From: Podarcis pityusensis
Lineage: Eukaryota
NCBI GenBank assembly: GCA_964106645.2
Contig: OZ067039.1
Strand: one strand, 5' to 3'
DNA length: 64,000 nucleotides
Shown here: positions 37,180 to 51,700 of the stretch, one piece after another
Layout of the letters: every line of letters begins with the position of its first letter
Numbering within the stretch: position 1 is the first letter of the stretch
Program-made: the position numbers and the translations under genes
The notes under the pieces: generated by a model
Told to the model about the DNA's origin: nothing
Seen by the model: the letters and a program-made list of their open reading frames with translations, nothing else
Database searches by the model: none

Positions 37180-38469
37180 GAACTGAATTTAAAATTACCC
37201 AAAGTTCCACCACAATAGGAACTTAATTCACATTCAGTTCACCCAGAAATTAGCAGAACTCCTTTCAGATGTAATTTAGAGATTTTTTGAATTAATTCAG
37301 TAAATTAGTATGAATTAGCTCATTCCAGGCGCAATAGGCTGCTTAGATCAACATATGAAAGGAAATAATGTCAGAGGCACTTTGTCTCATACTCATTCTT
37401 AAGAGCATTGAGAGTCGGTCCAAATGCATATCAAAAGAACAACAGTACAGCTCACTCCAGGGATGGATTGGGGAAGCCAGGAGATGCAGAGGGCTACAAC
37501 ATGTGGGTGGTAATAAACTCCAGCTCAGTTCTATAGAACTTACTCAGTCCTTGGTTGGGGCTGCTGAGTAAGTGATTCCTGACCTAAGACTCCCTTTTTG
37601 TCTCTTCCACTGGCTGGAGGAACATGAGGGTATGTGAGGGGTGTGACTATAGGCACAGGACTTTTCTCAGTTAAGACACAACCCGCCATTAGTGTGAAAG
37701 GGGAAAAACCACATTCACATTCTAATAACAAAATAATGAGACAAAAGATGCAAATAATTAGCTGCCAATTCACTCTTTAACATGTTGGATCAAACAGCCA
37801 CCACAAGTAACAATCAGACTAGGTCAAATCCTACAGAAAAGACTAAATAAAGCGCAGTCTTGCTAATCAACCCTATCTAAGCAAACAAATACAAAGTCAT
37901 GTCGACCTCTTTCTCTTTATTGGTCCAGATTGGGATTTTATGTTAGCCACTTGGAGACTGAGGAAAGAACTGGAGATAAGGGGAGGGGGAGCAACTAATA
38001 ATCTAAAAAGATGGCAATTAGGCTCTGAACTTCCATGCCTACAAAAGACTCATAAATTGTGAAAGACAAGCTGCATCATTCCTCAAGTGACCGGAGAGCC
38101 CAGGTCCATCTGTGTACCACACACAACCCAAAAGAATGGCCGCACGAAGAATGGGACTGTTCTTACATACACCACATGGAAGTTGGAACCGGTTTGCTGC
38201 ATGATCCCCAGGCATCATTACTCAGAAGTAAACCTCCATGAGTTCAAGGAGACCTACTCCCTCGTAAATGCACTCACAACTGTAGCCTTAAATTGTTTTA
38301 ACATGTCTTTTTGCACCAGACCTCAACTGGGATCAAATACACAGATCAGTTGCAACTCAATCCATCTGCAGCGTGAAAGTTTTCTAACCACATATTTTTC
38401 TTGTTGCACAATTTGAGATTTGATGATGCCCAATTTGAAAAGCCTTGATTCAATCAGAGGCATTTTATT

Positions 38470-39215
38470 TAATTTTTATTGTTTTTTTTAAAAAAATATT
38501 AAAGCTTTTTTTGGTTTACAAAAGTACATGCCTTTTTCAGGCTGTACAGTCTTTCTTACAAATCAGTTACATTTGTTGTGAGACATTAGTGTTGAGTACA
38601 GTATAAGGTTGGGGAAGAAGTGTGGGGAGAGGAGGGATGGTGAGGCTTATATTCTTTTATACAGTGTACATGTGGGGTTTTGTGTCAGCATCAACTGGGT
38701 TGGTTCCCTTTCTATTTGTTTATTACACTTCCTTGGTAGTGAGAGGTTTTGGGGGGCAGGGTGTGGTTGGTTGTCTGTGGTTGGCTGAAGTGGGGTTTGT
38801 TTGCATTTGTGAGGGGGCTTGTTGGGTCAGGTAAACCAGATTGCTTTATATGCTGTCAGTGGATTCTTCTTGTTGTTTTGTTGGGCTGTATATGTGATAA
38901 AGGGGACCCATACTGGGGTGAAGGTGTCCACTTCTATTTGTCCCCATGACAGTTTCAGTTTATTGGTTAGCTTTTCTGGTAAGGCCATTTCCCATACAAT
39001 TCGATACCATTGGTCCTTGTTTAGTCCTGACAGGCCTAATGAGGCTTCTGGCTGCTGAGAGAAGGTGTGTTATAAGCTCTGTATAATGTGAGTGGTCATT
39101 ATGATCTTGGAAGATGTTCAGTAGGGCCAGTTCTGGGGTAAGTTCTAATACCTGTTTAGTTCTTTTGCATATCTCTTGTAGGACTGCTGTCCAGAAGGGT
39201 TGAATATATTGGGCA
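38470..39215 (-). mobile_element. 5'-truncated L1-clade LINE (second family)
   Basis: Minus strand encodes YIQPFWTAVLQEI..LELTPELALL...LLSAAR and QWYRIVWEMALPEKLT...FTPVWVPFITY (L1 ORF2 C-terminus). T-rich tail near 38470-38515. Confidence 0.8.
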
Positions 39216-39743
39216 AGCCTTCCTGGGCTTTTCTAGAAAAAATGAAATGGACCTCTTCTGTCACTTCCTGCCTCTTGGAGATGATGTGATTGGCTCCTGA
39301 TGCTTCTAGGCAAAGAAAGAAGGCAGAAGGGGATTCCACATGCCTCAATAAACTCCTGGAATAAAGCTGCCCTCCAAGTGGCCCATCTAAATAAGAGCCC
39401 TGGCCCTTTTCTACAGAGAGAAGTTACAGGAAAGGATCCAGATGCTGGCAGGGAAATCTGTTAAATGGTGATGGGAGGGTTATCCTCCCAAAAGCCAAAA
39501 GGTGTATGTCATCAGGGCCAGTTGGAGCTCTGAAGAACTGGCCTGGAGTCTCTGAAAAGTCTCTGTGCCTGCAGCCTGTGCAACAGAGCCAGGGCGGAGG
39601 AAGCCTTTGCATTGCATTGGGAGTCTGTTAGCCATGAATCATTCCTGGGGGGAAAGGAGCCAACTTGCACAGCCCGTAACCAGATCCCCAGTGAATTTCA
39701 CAAACTGTCCACAAGGCCAATATTATTTTCTATAAAGGCAATA

Positions 39744-39969
39744 CAGTGGTACCTCTGGTTACATACTTAATTCGTTCCGGAGGTCCGTTCTTAACCTGAA
39801 ACAGTTCTTAACCTGAAGCACCACTTTAGCTAATGGGGCCTCCTGCTGCCGCCGCACCGTCGCCGCGCAATTTCTGTTCTCATCCTGAAGCAAAGTTCTT
39901 AACCCAAGGTACTATTTCTGGGTTAGTGGAGTCTGTAACCTGAAGCGTATGTAACCCGAGGTACCACTG
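39744..39969. mobile_element. Tc1/mariner-type MITE, copy 3
   Basis: TA-cagtggtacctctggttac ... gtaacccgaggtaccactg-TA. Reverse complement of the copy at 1739-1963. Confidence 0.92.
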
Positions 39970-40920
39970 TATTGTAAAGAACACGGTACTCACGTCCACT
40001 TGCTGTAGCAAAAGAAAGGTCACCCCCAAAAAACGCCCAAGCAGGGTGAGTTTGCTGCTAAGGAACGGCACCTGCAAGTTGACTTCAGAACACACACCCT
40101 CCACTGCCACATTCATCCCAGGCTACAAAGCACTGCTTGGCCGGGACTGGGCTGGGCTTGACTTTCCTGCCGGAAAAGAAAGCCCAGCTGCTGATCTGCA
40201 AGGCTGTAACTGATCTACCCCGGGAGGCCTCTCCGGAGTGCCGTTCCGCGCGCACACACACCCTTTCCCAGTATCTCCCCACCACTCTGGAGGAAAATGC
40301 GAAAGAATCTCTGCTTCGTTTTTCCCACCCGCAGAGAGTGTTGAAACTGGCTCAGGAACGCCTGTTCGTTTTGTGTTGACGGCCAGGAGATGAGATGAGC
40401 TGAACCAAACTGAAGAGGTCCCTTCCTCCTCTGGAAGCTTCCTTGTGTGGGTCTCTACGGACTGATGACGCTTCCAGCATCGTCATGCATTGGGAATACT
40501 CCTGGCAGGACCGGTGCGATCAAACGGTGAGGCGCGCAAATTCTGGCGCGGAAGCGAGGCCCTCCCCTTTGACACCGAAGTACTGGGAGCGAAAGCGCTC
40601 CCCAACTATTCCCGGGAACACATTTCGGAAGAAAAGGCGCTTTCGTTCTTACGATTCTGTGCACAGTTACTTGGGAATAAGCCCCGTTGCGACCACTGGG
40701 ATTTCCTTGCAAGGAAGCGCTCGCAGAGCTAAAAACGGAAGTGATGAGCAGCAGCCGGGATTGCCATATTTTGAAGAGGAAAAAAAGAGGACACATGAGT
40801 TGCCGACTTCTACTTTTAACTATGGATCGCTATGACGATTCTACCCACGGAAGAGACGACATACCCTGGGAAAAGTGGACATATGGGACCCCGAGGATCA
40901 TCTAGCCCAACTCCCTGCAA

Positions 40921-41070
40921 TTATTATTATCTTATATATTTATTAAATTTATATGCCGCCCTTCCTCACAAGATCTCAGGGCGCTTCACAGAGTAAAATA
41001 CAAGATAAAAACCCAGGTAAATAATTTAAATAAAAACAGCAAAACAATAACTCCCCTTCCCACATAACAT
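40921..41070 (-). mobile_element. L2-like 3' tail inserted into a CR1/SINE-tail fragment
   Basis: ttattattat...tttatatgccgcccttcctc...cagggcgcttcaca (reverse L2 tail) splits gatcatctagcccaactccctgcaa|tgcaggaatc, with gcaat repeated at both junctions. Confidence 0.6.
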
Positions 41071-44000
41071 AGCAATGCAGGAATCTCAGCTATATCTAAG
41101 ATTTAGGCACGTTTTCTGAACAGCTGCGATCGTGTGCACATTTGTCCACAACTCAGTGGCCCTTACTTCTGAGTAAGGGTGCCTAGGATCAGGCTGGGTA
41201 GGCACCACCACCGCTGCTGCCTGGGACGTGGTTTTAGGACCGCGATCTTCCAGGGAACTGACTTGCACTGAAATCTGTAAGCGCCACCCTCAAGTGCCAA
41301 GCGGTATCCACATCAGTGAGTAGCTATCAGCCCTTCTTGTTTCGCCAGGAACGCCTCTTCTGTCACTTATCCGTAAACCCACATTCCAAGACATTTAACC
41401 CGCAAATTGTTCGGGCCTTTCCGCACTTACTAGTCACATTGGCAACATTGCTCTTTGAGCCAACTTTTCAAAGAGTGAATTCGGAGCTGTCTGTCCGCAC
41501 CTTTGGTCCCATGTGGCTGTTATGGGAGAATGAGGGGAGGTTTTCTCTTCCACACTAATGGTCGGCTGTGCTCAAGTTGGGGAAAGTTCTGGGTCTGTAG
41601 TCCCACCACCTCGTGTTCCTCCAGCCAGCAGGAGCTATGAGCATTTCGTGGGAATAACTTTTTAGCATTGTTGGGCGTTTTATGCTTTGCTTATATATAA
41701 TGCCTAGTATTACTGGAATTCTAACCGCATGGGAGGTTAGAAGAAATGTCCTCTTGAGCTAATCCCCGAACGCCCTTCCCTACCTGCCATGTCTCTCCTC
41801 CCAACTGAAGGTCTGGCAGAGGAAAGTAGCGCAAAACAGACGACTGGAAACCACACCCACCCATCCATTTTCCCCACAGAAAGTGAGCTGGTGCTTGTGC
41901 ACATGCCACGCTAAAGAAAATATTGAGGATCCGTTCCAGATCTTTGACAGATGTCAGATGGCGAGGAGGGAAGAAAAAGCGTCCTTTTGAGGAAGATATT
42001 CCGGAATAGTAGCGGAATAATGACGACGTCGTGTGGCAACACGCCAAAACATCGAAAACAGCAACAACCCCATAAAGTGCGTGTGTAGAATGGCCCTTTA
42101 TTTTGCACAGAGTCCCTCCAATGCCCACGAAGTTTTGCACAAACTTGTGCGCAAACCCTTTTGCGTATCCAGACGCATCCCTGACCCCCAAATGTCGATT
42201 CTGAATACCTGCAAGTCTTTCATACATTCACCCCGCACTCAAACATGCTCTCTCTGTCAGACACACACACACAGCTTTTCCCACAGGCTCAGTATTATAA
42301 AAATAAAGTCAGAGAGAGGGGGGGGGGAGACGAATTTCTCAGTCGTTTCCTTCGAAAAACCCCAAGAAATTAAAAGTCAGTTGCCCCGGAAGGGAAGAAG
42401 CAAGATTAGGCAAGGAGACTCTCGGTGTCCTTATGAGTGAGGGAGCTGTGCAGATTTGGATCAACGGATTCCATTTCTCTTTGATCTCCTCATTTGAAAG
42501 GATCTTAATGAATAGTGATCTTCTGGGGCTCCTCATCCCCTTGTGTTCTTTGAGTGGAGATGCCTCTTTCGCCATCCCCCCACTTTTAAAGGATTATTGT
42601 TACGTTCCTGAGAAACTGAGGACTGCTGGACAATGAAATACAAATCTCTTCCCATTCCTCGAAAGAAAGCGAAGTGTTTTTTCTACTAAGCAGGCTGGGG
42701 AGGGGAGTGAACCAGAGCTGCAATTCCGATCGCCACGGCTGGGGAGTCAAATCCCATTGAGATAGTGGGATTTAGGGCTGGGCTAATACGCTGAGGATTG
42801 CAGCTAATGTGAAAATTAGGAACACCTTTGGGGCATCTTGAGAATGGAGTTAAATTGAGCGAAAGATTGGTGTGTGGTATTTGGAGGTGCGGGGAAACAA
42901 GGATTGGTTTCTTCATTCCAGAGCGCACTCTTGCAATTTCTTTCCAAGACTGAAATCGTTAGAATATCCTGAAAGAACTTCACTTCGCTGGGGTTTTCAT
43001 TTGAGAGAGTCTGTTCGTGATTACCAGCTTTTGTCGACTCAGTTGGAAAGTTCACGCTTGCCCCCCTCTCTCCAAGCTTTGGCGACCCATAAAATTTCTT
43101 TCACTCCAAAAAGAGGGTTGACGGAGGGGGGAAAGAAACTTTTCTCTTCCTCTGAAAACTTGCGGGGAGCCTTCTGTCATTTTTCATGTTGCCACCACAG
43201 AAGATTCGGATCACAGGGAACTGAATTTCCCTTCCAATGTGATTCAAATCCCCTCTACATGTCCACACACCCCTTCCCGCTCGCTCCCTTCGGCGCATTT
43301 ATTGTCTTCATTTTAATGTTCTCTGGGAGCTTGCAGCAGACTGCTATTTAAATAGAATCCAATTCGGCTTCGTTTCGCTTCCACACCAGCGGTAACCACG
43401 GGATCGTTTTCGGGGATTTTTCCCCGAGTCTCATCTAGCAGTCAATTGACTTTTTGAGAAGAATAAAAATAAGCGAAGAGAAGGCTATTATTTCTTTACA
43501 TCGATTTCACTAATTTTTAATTTTTTTGCATTTTTGTCCTCCGCGAAGGCCCTGTGAGGCAATGAGGTGACTTTCGTCTTAATGGTCTCTTATTCCTATC
43601 CCACCTCTCTATACCTCAAAATGTAGTTGGGGGGCTTTCTGCTCATCCTACTGCGTGGGCGGCTCTGGAATCATGTCCCCAAATCGGAAGCGAAGACGTC
43701 CCCCACCCCCGAAGGCAAGTTGCGCCACTATCGACGCGATGCAGTCTTTCCCCCTTGATAAGAATTCCATTGACACTGGTTTGAAGCGGATCCGAATTAT
43801 ATCGGTTGTACTGCCCCTAGCTTTTAAGCCTGTCCCTTCCCGCCCCGCGAAACAAGGAAGACATGGGGAGCGGGAACCTTCACACTTCGACGTGAGCTCT
43901 CCCCCCCCCCCCCCACACACTTTCAGCCCGGACGCTGAAATCTATTAGACAACTGCGTGTCCTCCCGCGCGAGAGAATTTGGACGGCTTACACAGCCCCT

Positions 44001-46415
44001 TCTTCACATTTTAAGCGCCTTTACTGAGAAAATCCTTCCGACTCCAGTGGACGTGGCTGCAAAGCGGACGTTAATTTTTCTCCCCTCTGAAGTAAAGAAA
44101 GCCCTGTTGAGCTCACGGGAATTTGTTTCGGGGAAAACGTGGCAAGGATGGGGAGGCCGGTGTCCTTAGGATCCGGCCCAAGTTCGGCTAGCTACAGGAT
44201 CCTAACCATGTTTACTCGGAAGCAAGTCCCGGTGACTTCGTTGGGGACTATCGAATATCTTTTTGCAGTAAACTTGGGTGTGTGTGCTTGTGTAACACAT
44301 ATGCCGCTTAGAACAGAAGCTAGATTGTACATGACAGTTGAATATGAGGGAAATTGGGACTTCTAGGACCTGACCAAGAAAGAGGGCAGTAAATATAAAT
44401 AAAATAAAATCCAAATTATTTCCAGGAGTTGGGCTCAAAGAACAGAAAACTTTCTGCCCCTCTAGAACAGAAAGACTCCTTTCTTTTTTTCTAGCTGTCT
44501 CTCCTTATCCCTTCGGCAGCATAGAAAATGTTCTGGAGTGATTTAAGTCCCAACGCTGGAAGACGCCACAGGGGCAGAAATAAAAATAAAAATAAAAATA
44601 AGAGTTGTTTTTTCTTCCTTGTAAAAGTTTTCCACTTTCTGATATTCCTCCCTCCATTTCGAATAAACCAAATAATGCTACAGTAATACAAATAATAAAA
44701 ACAAGGATCAATTAACACACCTTGACAATTCCCCGCACCCCTTCCTTGTTATTTTGGACGCCAGTTCTAAATAAGCACATGAGCAAATGAGATTTAAATT
44801 GGGCCGATATTGCTCCTAAGTATTGACAGTTCGAATTCTTCGGCTCACTAGTTCCTAGTTGACTTTTCAGTGGAAGATCTCCACCTCCGAGTTCAGAAGT
44901 AAACCGTCATGGCTGGAAAATCCTACTGTCCCCCTCAGTCAAGCCGAAGTACTTTACTCAAAGTATGATTTGAGCAAAACGAGCTGCTTGGGAGGAAGCC
45001 TCGCGGTTTTACCCCCGAGGCACTCTGCTGAAAGTGCTTGGAAACTCCCGCGGCAAAGGCGCGGCTTCACACGAAACCAGCTATACCGCATGTCCGTCCC
45101 GTGTCACCGACGTTTCCATGTTCTGTACGTTCGATTTGCTCGCGCCTTTTTATCTGGAAATAGGCACACTAAATAGTAAGGGTGTTGTTGTGGTTTTTTT
45201 AATTTTACTTAAGAAGGGGGCACACACACACGCATAAATTTGGGGCATCTTCGTAAAGCTAAAGTCCCACCAGAAAGGGGTTTTGAATAAGGTCCGCACG
45301 TGGCAAAAAAACAAGGGCGAAGCAGCTCCAGAAGCGTTGGGTGTGGAAACTAGTCTCACACAGCTATGCATGCCTTCATTTCACTACGGTTCTGCTTCTA
45401 ACTTTGCCTAGGATTGCAGTGAAACTTTAAAAGTAACTTGACTTTGTGAATCAGTTGGCGTCCTGCAGTGATTTGTTCGGTAAGAATGACAATGGGATCG
45501 TGACGCACTTAGAGCTAAGGCGAGCGCTGTGGGTGTTTGCGGTGATTTTTTGCTACTTTTCAGTTCCGGGCCAACCTAAAGCCCGTCACGTCTTCGGGGC
45601 TCTTCCTGCTGTTCGTTTGAACCCAGCATCTGCCACCTTCCAAATCTCCTTCCTCGTGGCCTTGGGGGCTTGCCTCCCTCCTCCCAGGATGTGCGAAAGA
45701 GCCACCCCCGCGCAGTCCCCGCGATCCGAGGATGACAGAAAAGGGCCGAGTTCCTTGGGGGTGTGGGAGAGTGGGAGTTACAGGAAATGGAAGAGAAACC
45801 GGACGATTCCCACCGACACCCCCCCCCGCTCCCCGCCTTCCCTGGATGTCCCAGGAAGACGCTGGAAGCCTGGCAGACAGGCAACGATGCTGCGGGCAGC
45901 CAATGTCTGCATCCGACTTCTTCAAGAGACGTCATTCATTGGGAGTCGTGCTACTCGAGAGGAAATAGCTCGGGGACACGGGAGGATCTGAGGGATCGTT
46001 TGCCAGGGGAAGACCGATCGGGAGGCAGGCGCGCCCTGGAGAATCAAGTCCCCCCCGCCCCACAATCATTTCACGAAGTTTTCATTCTCAGGTCTGGCAC
46101 AAGCCATTGTCTGTGGACTGGAGAGGGAGTCCTTGCGGGGAGTCGGAAGAGGGATGAGGATGGGGAAGAGGGCCATTCATTGCCCCAAGGAGGGAGGGAG
46201 GATGGGGGGCAGCGGCGAGGCCTTCTTCCCAGTGCTCCTGTGGGGGGGGGGGAGGACTTCAAGAAGTTTGGATGGGAAAGCCAAGGGACAGGACCCAGAA
46301 AGGGTGGCATCCCTCGAATATCCTCCCAAAGAACGAAGCAAGACCCTCCAGCAGACCAGTCGGTCAGACTTTGATGCGCTTAACCCGCTTTTTTAGAAAA
46401 TTTATAGCATTTTCT

Positions 46416-46461
46416 TCCTCCTCCTCCTCCTCCTCCTCCTCTTCTTCTCCTCCTCCTCCTC
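46416..46461. repeat. (TCC)n microsatellite
   Basis: Read directly from sequence. Confidence 0.95.
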
Positions 46462-47390
46462 AGAACAGGTTCGAAACTAAGTTCTTATTTCCATTTTCGA
46501 GACGATCGTCACCTCCGTATTAACAAGAGCACAACCCCCTTTCTTAGCATCATGGGACGGCTACCCTGAGTGTAAACAAACGGGGCCCAGTTTCGAAGTG
46601 ATTCGAGGACCGAGGCAGAGAGAAGGATGGAGGTGGAGACAGTCGGCAAAGGGGGTCTTTGTGTGCCGGGACAGGGCTACACAGGACGGCTGTAGGAGGA
46701 CAGAAAGTGTCGCAGTTTGAGATGGGAGCGGAGCGCTGAAGCGGCTGGACAGGCGGAGCAGGAGCGCGCGGCCCCACTGAGACAAGGGCCTAAGTGTGAC
46801 AGCATCACCTTACACGCTGCTGTCAGTGGTACCTCGTGTACTAGAAGGCCGCGCATTTGCGCTCCTACTCCGTGAATCCGGAGCAGGTTGCTTCGATTCC
46901 CTTTACTAATCCGAATCTCCACCTCACCCCACCCGCAGGCCCCAAATCTCTCCGTTTCCGGCTCTTTGACCGACGTGAGATGAAGCTAACTAAGCCCCAC
47001 GATTTCGTGCTGGTTTATTCGACGTGCCCCTGAGTCACTGAGCGGTAACGAGCGGCCTTAAGCGATCTTGACCGCACCTCCCTCCCAAACCCGGTTAGAA
47101 GGTTACTCAAATTATATGCCACTGGTATGCTTTGGGTTGCAGCAGCCTTTAAGCCACATAATATGCTGGTGTGTGTGTGTGTGTGCGTGTGTGTATGTGG
47201 AGGTCTGGATGGTGCTGGTGCGTGCGGGAAAAGAAACCAGCGTGCTATTTTGCTAGAGCTCTTACTTCCCGCAAGGAAGATGAGAGGGGAAGCAGCGTTC
47301 ACTGGGCAGCTGCCTGAAAAGCCATCCCGCCCCAGTCTAAGAGATTTCTCCCCATCCATTGGTCAATTGCACTTGTTCACGAGGTTCCCT

Positions 47391-47515
47391 CGAGTTAGCT
47401 CAGTCAGGAGATCTCAGGGTCGTGGGTTCGAGCTTCACGTGGGAGAAAAGATTCCTGCATTGCAGGGGGTTGAAGTAGATGACCTGCGTGGTCCCTTCCA
47501 ACTCTAAATTCTATG
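47391..47515 (+). mobile_element. tRNA-Lys-derived SINE with CR1 tail (internally deleted copy)
   Basis: tagctcagtc...atctcagggtcgtgggttcgagc.tcacgt.gg, then attcctgcattgcagggggttgaagtagatgacc..gtggtcccttccaactcta..ttctatg. Confidence 0.88.
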
Positions 47516-47749
47516 CGTTACTCGAAGAACCCTCTTTACTCCGCAGTCTCCGACGCCTCCAGGCCACGTTGGCTGCTTCTTCACCGTAAGCGCATCTCTG
47601 CAGCAGGGACGGGGCGGGCGCGTGGAAACCACGGCCTGCCCGACGGGGCGGTCTGGTCTGGTCTGGTCTGCCGCGAAGCCGCCTCGGAAGCAGCTCGCCA
47701 GCCTTGGCGGCCCCCTCTCCGCTTCCCTCTGCCGCGGGCTCTTTAACGG

Positions 47750-48741
<992 letters not shown>

Positions 48742-51700
48742 TAGCCTGGCGCCCCCTTCGGGGGCGAGCCGTTAGAAGCCGGTCAGAAGGCGTAGCCCGC
48801 CTCCACCGGAGACCCCACGACCCCACCAGGGTGTGAATGGACGGCAACCCGTCCACGTGTCTCCATCGACCCAAAGTGGGATATTTCTCTCTGCCCCACT
48901 CCTAGGGATAATGCGACTCGCTTAACTCTCTAGCAGTTTACTGGTTACTTCACCCCCAAACCACACAGGGCTTTTACTGGGTGTTGATGGGTAGGAGTTA
49001 AGCGGGTAAGGTAAGAGAGAGACCCGGGCCGAATCGCCCTGCTTTTCCATTGCACCAACATTACGCGCGATTAAAGCCACCTCTGAAGCTCTTAGGAGTT
49101 TGAGTAGCCTTGACTCCCAAGTAACGGGTTTAGACGCGACTTGTTCGAGGGGTCCCCCTTCTCCCCGCTTTCCCTTCCCGGAAAGAGGGATGCGTTTAAA
49201 ATGTGTCCGGGACTGTGGATGTGGATGGAAGCGGGAATTAACTGGCGTGGGTCAAGGTGGGAAGTAAGCAAGGGAGGCCACTGGCCGAGCCGCCTTTGGA
49301 GCCTATAAATGGGCCTGCCCACACGCCGCCTCGAGGGTCCTCTCCAAGCCGTGTTGTTTCGAGGCTCCGGTGGCCTCTCCAAGGTCTCCCCGCGCGGCCT
49401 CCAGTGTAGGCATCAAGTGTCCGTGACCCTCATGATGGACGGGGTGAGACTCGGCTGCCCTGCAGTTATTGTTCCCAGGAGCCCCGGCGTGGATTAATTC
49501 CGCTAGGCGTTTGTATTGCGGGCTGTTTGTGTGCGCGCGTATTGGGAGGGTAGCGGGTGGGAGCCGAGGGCCAGGAAGGGAAACTTTCCCCCGCTTCCAA
49601 ATCGGTTTCAAGCGCCGTAGCCGAACTCGCTCTAGATCTACCCCATTCCCTCTCTCTCTAAAAAGCCCGCAGCCCCATTCACACGGCAGTGAGGTCCGTG
49701 TGTATCTGAGCAGCGCGCCGGCGAGCGAGTTTGAAGGCAGTGCAAGGAGGCGCCGGCCGTGCGCGGAGAGGTAGTGAGCTCTGTTGGGCGAAAGGGAGCA
49801 CTGCAGCTCCTGCTCCGCCAGCCCGCTCGGGATTCTTAATATTTTGACACGGGAACCCGGCGATCTGCTGTGCCGACTGAATCTCGGCAAACACTAATGA
49901 AAGTTAAGCTTCCATAACTTTCCTAGACCTGATTTGTGGAGCAAACGCGTCTCCATGGGGTGCTTTTTAAGGCTCCTGGGATTTAAAACGACAAATAGAT
50001 CTGGCATGGTTGTGGAGTCCTCTGGGCAGTTTCACGCGTCCTCTGGGGGTGCGAGGATGGTTTTAAGGCCTCGTAGTAGCGGTCATACCCACCCGCTCCC
50101 GCCGAGTTTAAGTTCTGCAGGACTGGGAGAAAGAGAGTTGCCTTCCCACTCTAGACAGCGGCGGCTCCACTCCGTCTCCTGCGCGCCCTCTTCCTTGTCA
50201 TTTTCAACTGCAGCTTCTTTTGCGCTTCACATTTCTCGGTCCTTGGCCGATGGACTTCTCTTTGAAATAACTCTTTAGAGAGGAAAAAAGGGGGAAAGTT
50301 TTAAATCAAAATGTCCTATTGAGGGCATGCAGGAAAAAATAATAATCCAGAGTTCAAAACGAGAGCAGAGAGTGGAACGAAAGATCTTAGGCAACGGATT
50401 TTCTTAAGCGGGTCTAAGATCAGCCTGTGTGGTTTGACTTGCGAGCTTGATCTCTCCGTCCTCCTGCTAAAGGGGAGAATTTTATTTGCAGGGGGGGGGC
50501 AGAAATCCTCCGTTACCTTTTTGGGGAAAGTGCTGTAGACACCAGTTATCAAGCCAGCGGCAGGTGATTCTTTCATTTCCTTCAGATGCATGGGAGAGGG
50601 GGAGATCGTGCGATTAAAAAAACAGCACCCTGCAGTTTTTAAACGGATCTGTCCGCTGACCTTCTGCACTTCACGGGGACTGACTGCAGACCTGCGAAGA
50701 GAAGCCTCAGATGCATCTGTAATGGGATGCGGTCGTCGTCTGTGCAACATGTGTCAGGGCATGAAAATGAATCCTTGTACAGTCGAGGTGTCCATTGATT
50801 TATAGGGTGGTGATAACTTGGAGGGAGAGCCTTGTCTGTTATAAATAAAAATGGTTTTGATTTTACATTCCAAGCCCTGCACTCAGTCAGGTGACTTCCA
50901 CTTCCACCCCCCCCCCAAAAAAAAACCAGCTTGCAGAACTTTGAGTGAATCTGTGCAGGGAGATGGGAAAATTACAAATACAAAATCCAAACCTCTGCTA
51001 TGCTAAGCACATGGCCGAGTTGCTGTTTATGTTTTTTTTTTTTTTTTTGAATATTCTGTTTTAAATAGGACACAATTTAAAACATCTCACAGGGAAGAAG
51101 GGTTTGATTAAGGAAGAGCCAGAACAGTGGCAACAATTTAACGTGTACCAATCAATAGATGTAGTTGTTGCTTTCAGTAAAGGAAATTTGAGATGTATTT
51201 GTTTTTAAAGTAAAATGGAAAGACACAATATAAACGTATTTGGAGACGCCAAGCTTTGTCGCTCATTTAGGGTCACACAAATGCTTCTTGGAGGAATTGT
51301 GGGCCAAGTAAGCAAGAGTGCGAAAGCAAACCAAGGGCTTCCTGCCTTCTGCTCTGGCAGGAGGATCAAGTCGCTTGTTTGGTAGGCAGGCTGTGCTTGT
51401 CCCCGTCTTCGCGGCTCCTTCCTCCCCGGCTCTCCTTTGTCACTCCCACAGCCCAGCGCCACAGCCTTTGATTAGGGAGGCTAGTGCTAATTTTGTTAGC
51501 CGAGGCTGTGAAGAGCCGGATCTCTGTTATCCAGGGTGACGGCCTTCAAGGTTTTCTAAAAGATCCTCCCCAAACTACTGCTAGCTAATGAGCAGAGCTG
51601 TCAGGAAGACGAAAACCATTAAGTGTTACTAAAGGCCAAACTAGGGGGGAATTTTCAACTTGCTTAGAAGTTGCGGGTTGGGTGGATGGAATGGGAGCCT

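Noticed and set aside
45446-46523. Several long overlapping ORFs (181, 203, 121 aa) upstream of HS3ST3B1
   Set aside because: Low-complexity G/P/R-rich translations on both strands with no recognisable domain; expected in GC-rich, stop-poor DNA.
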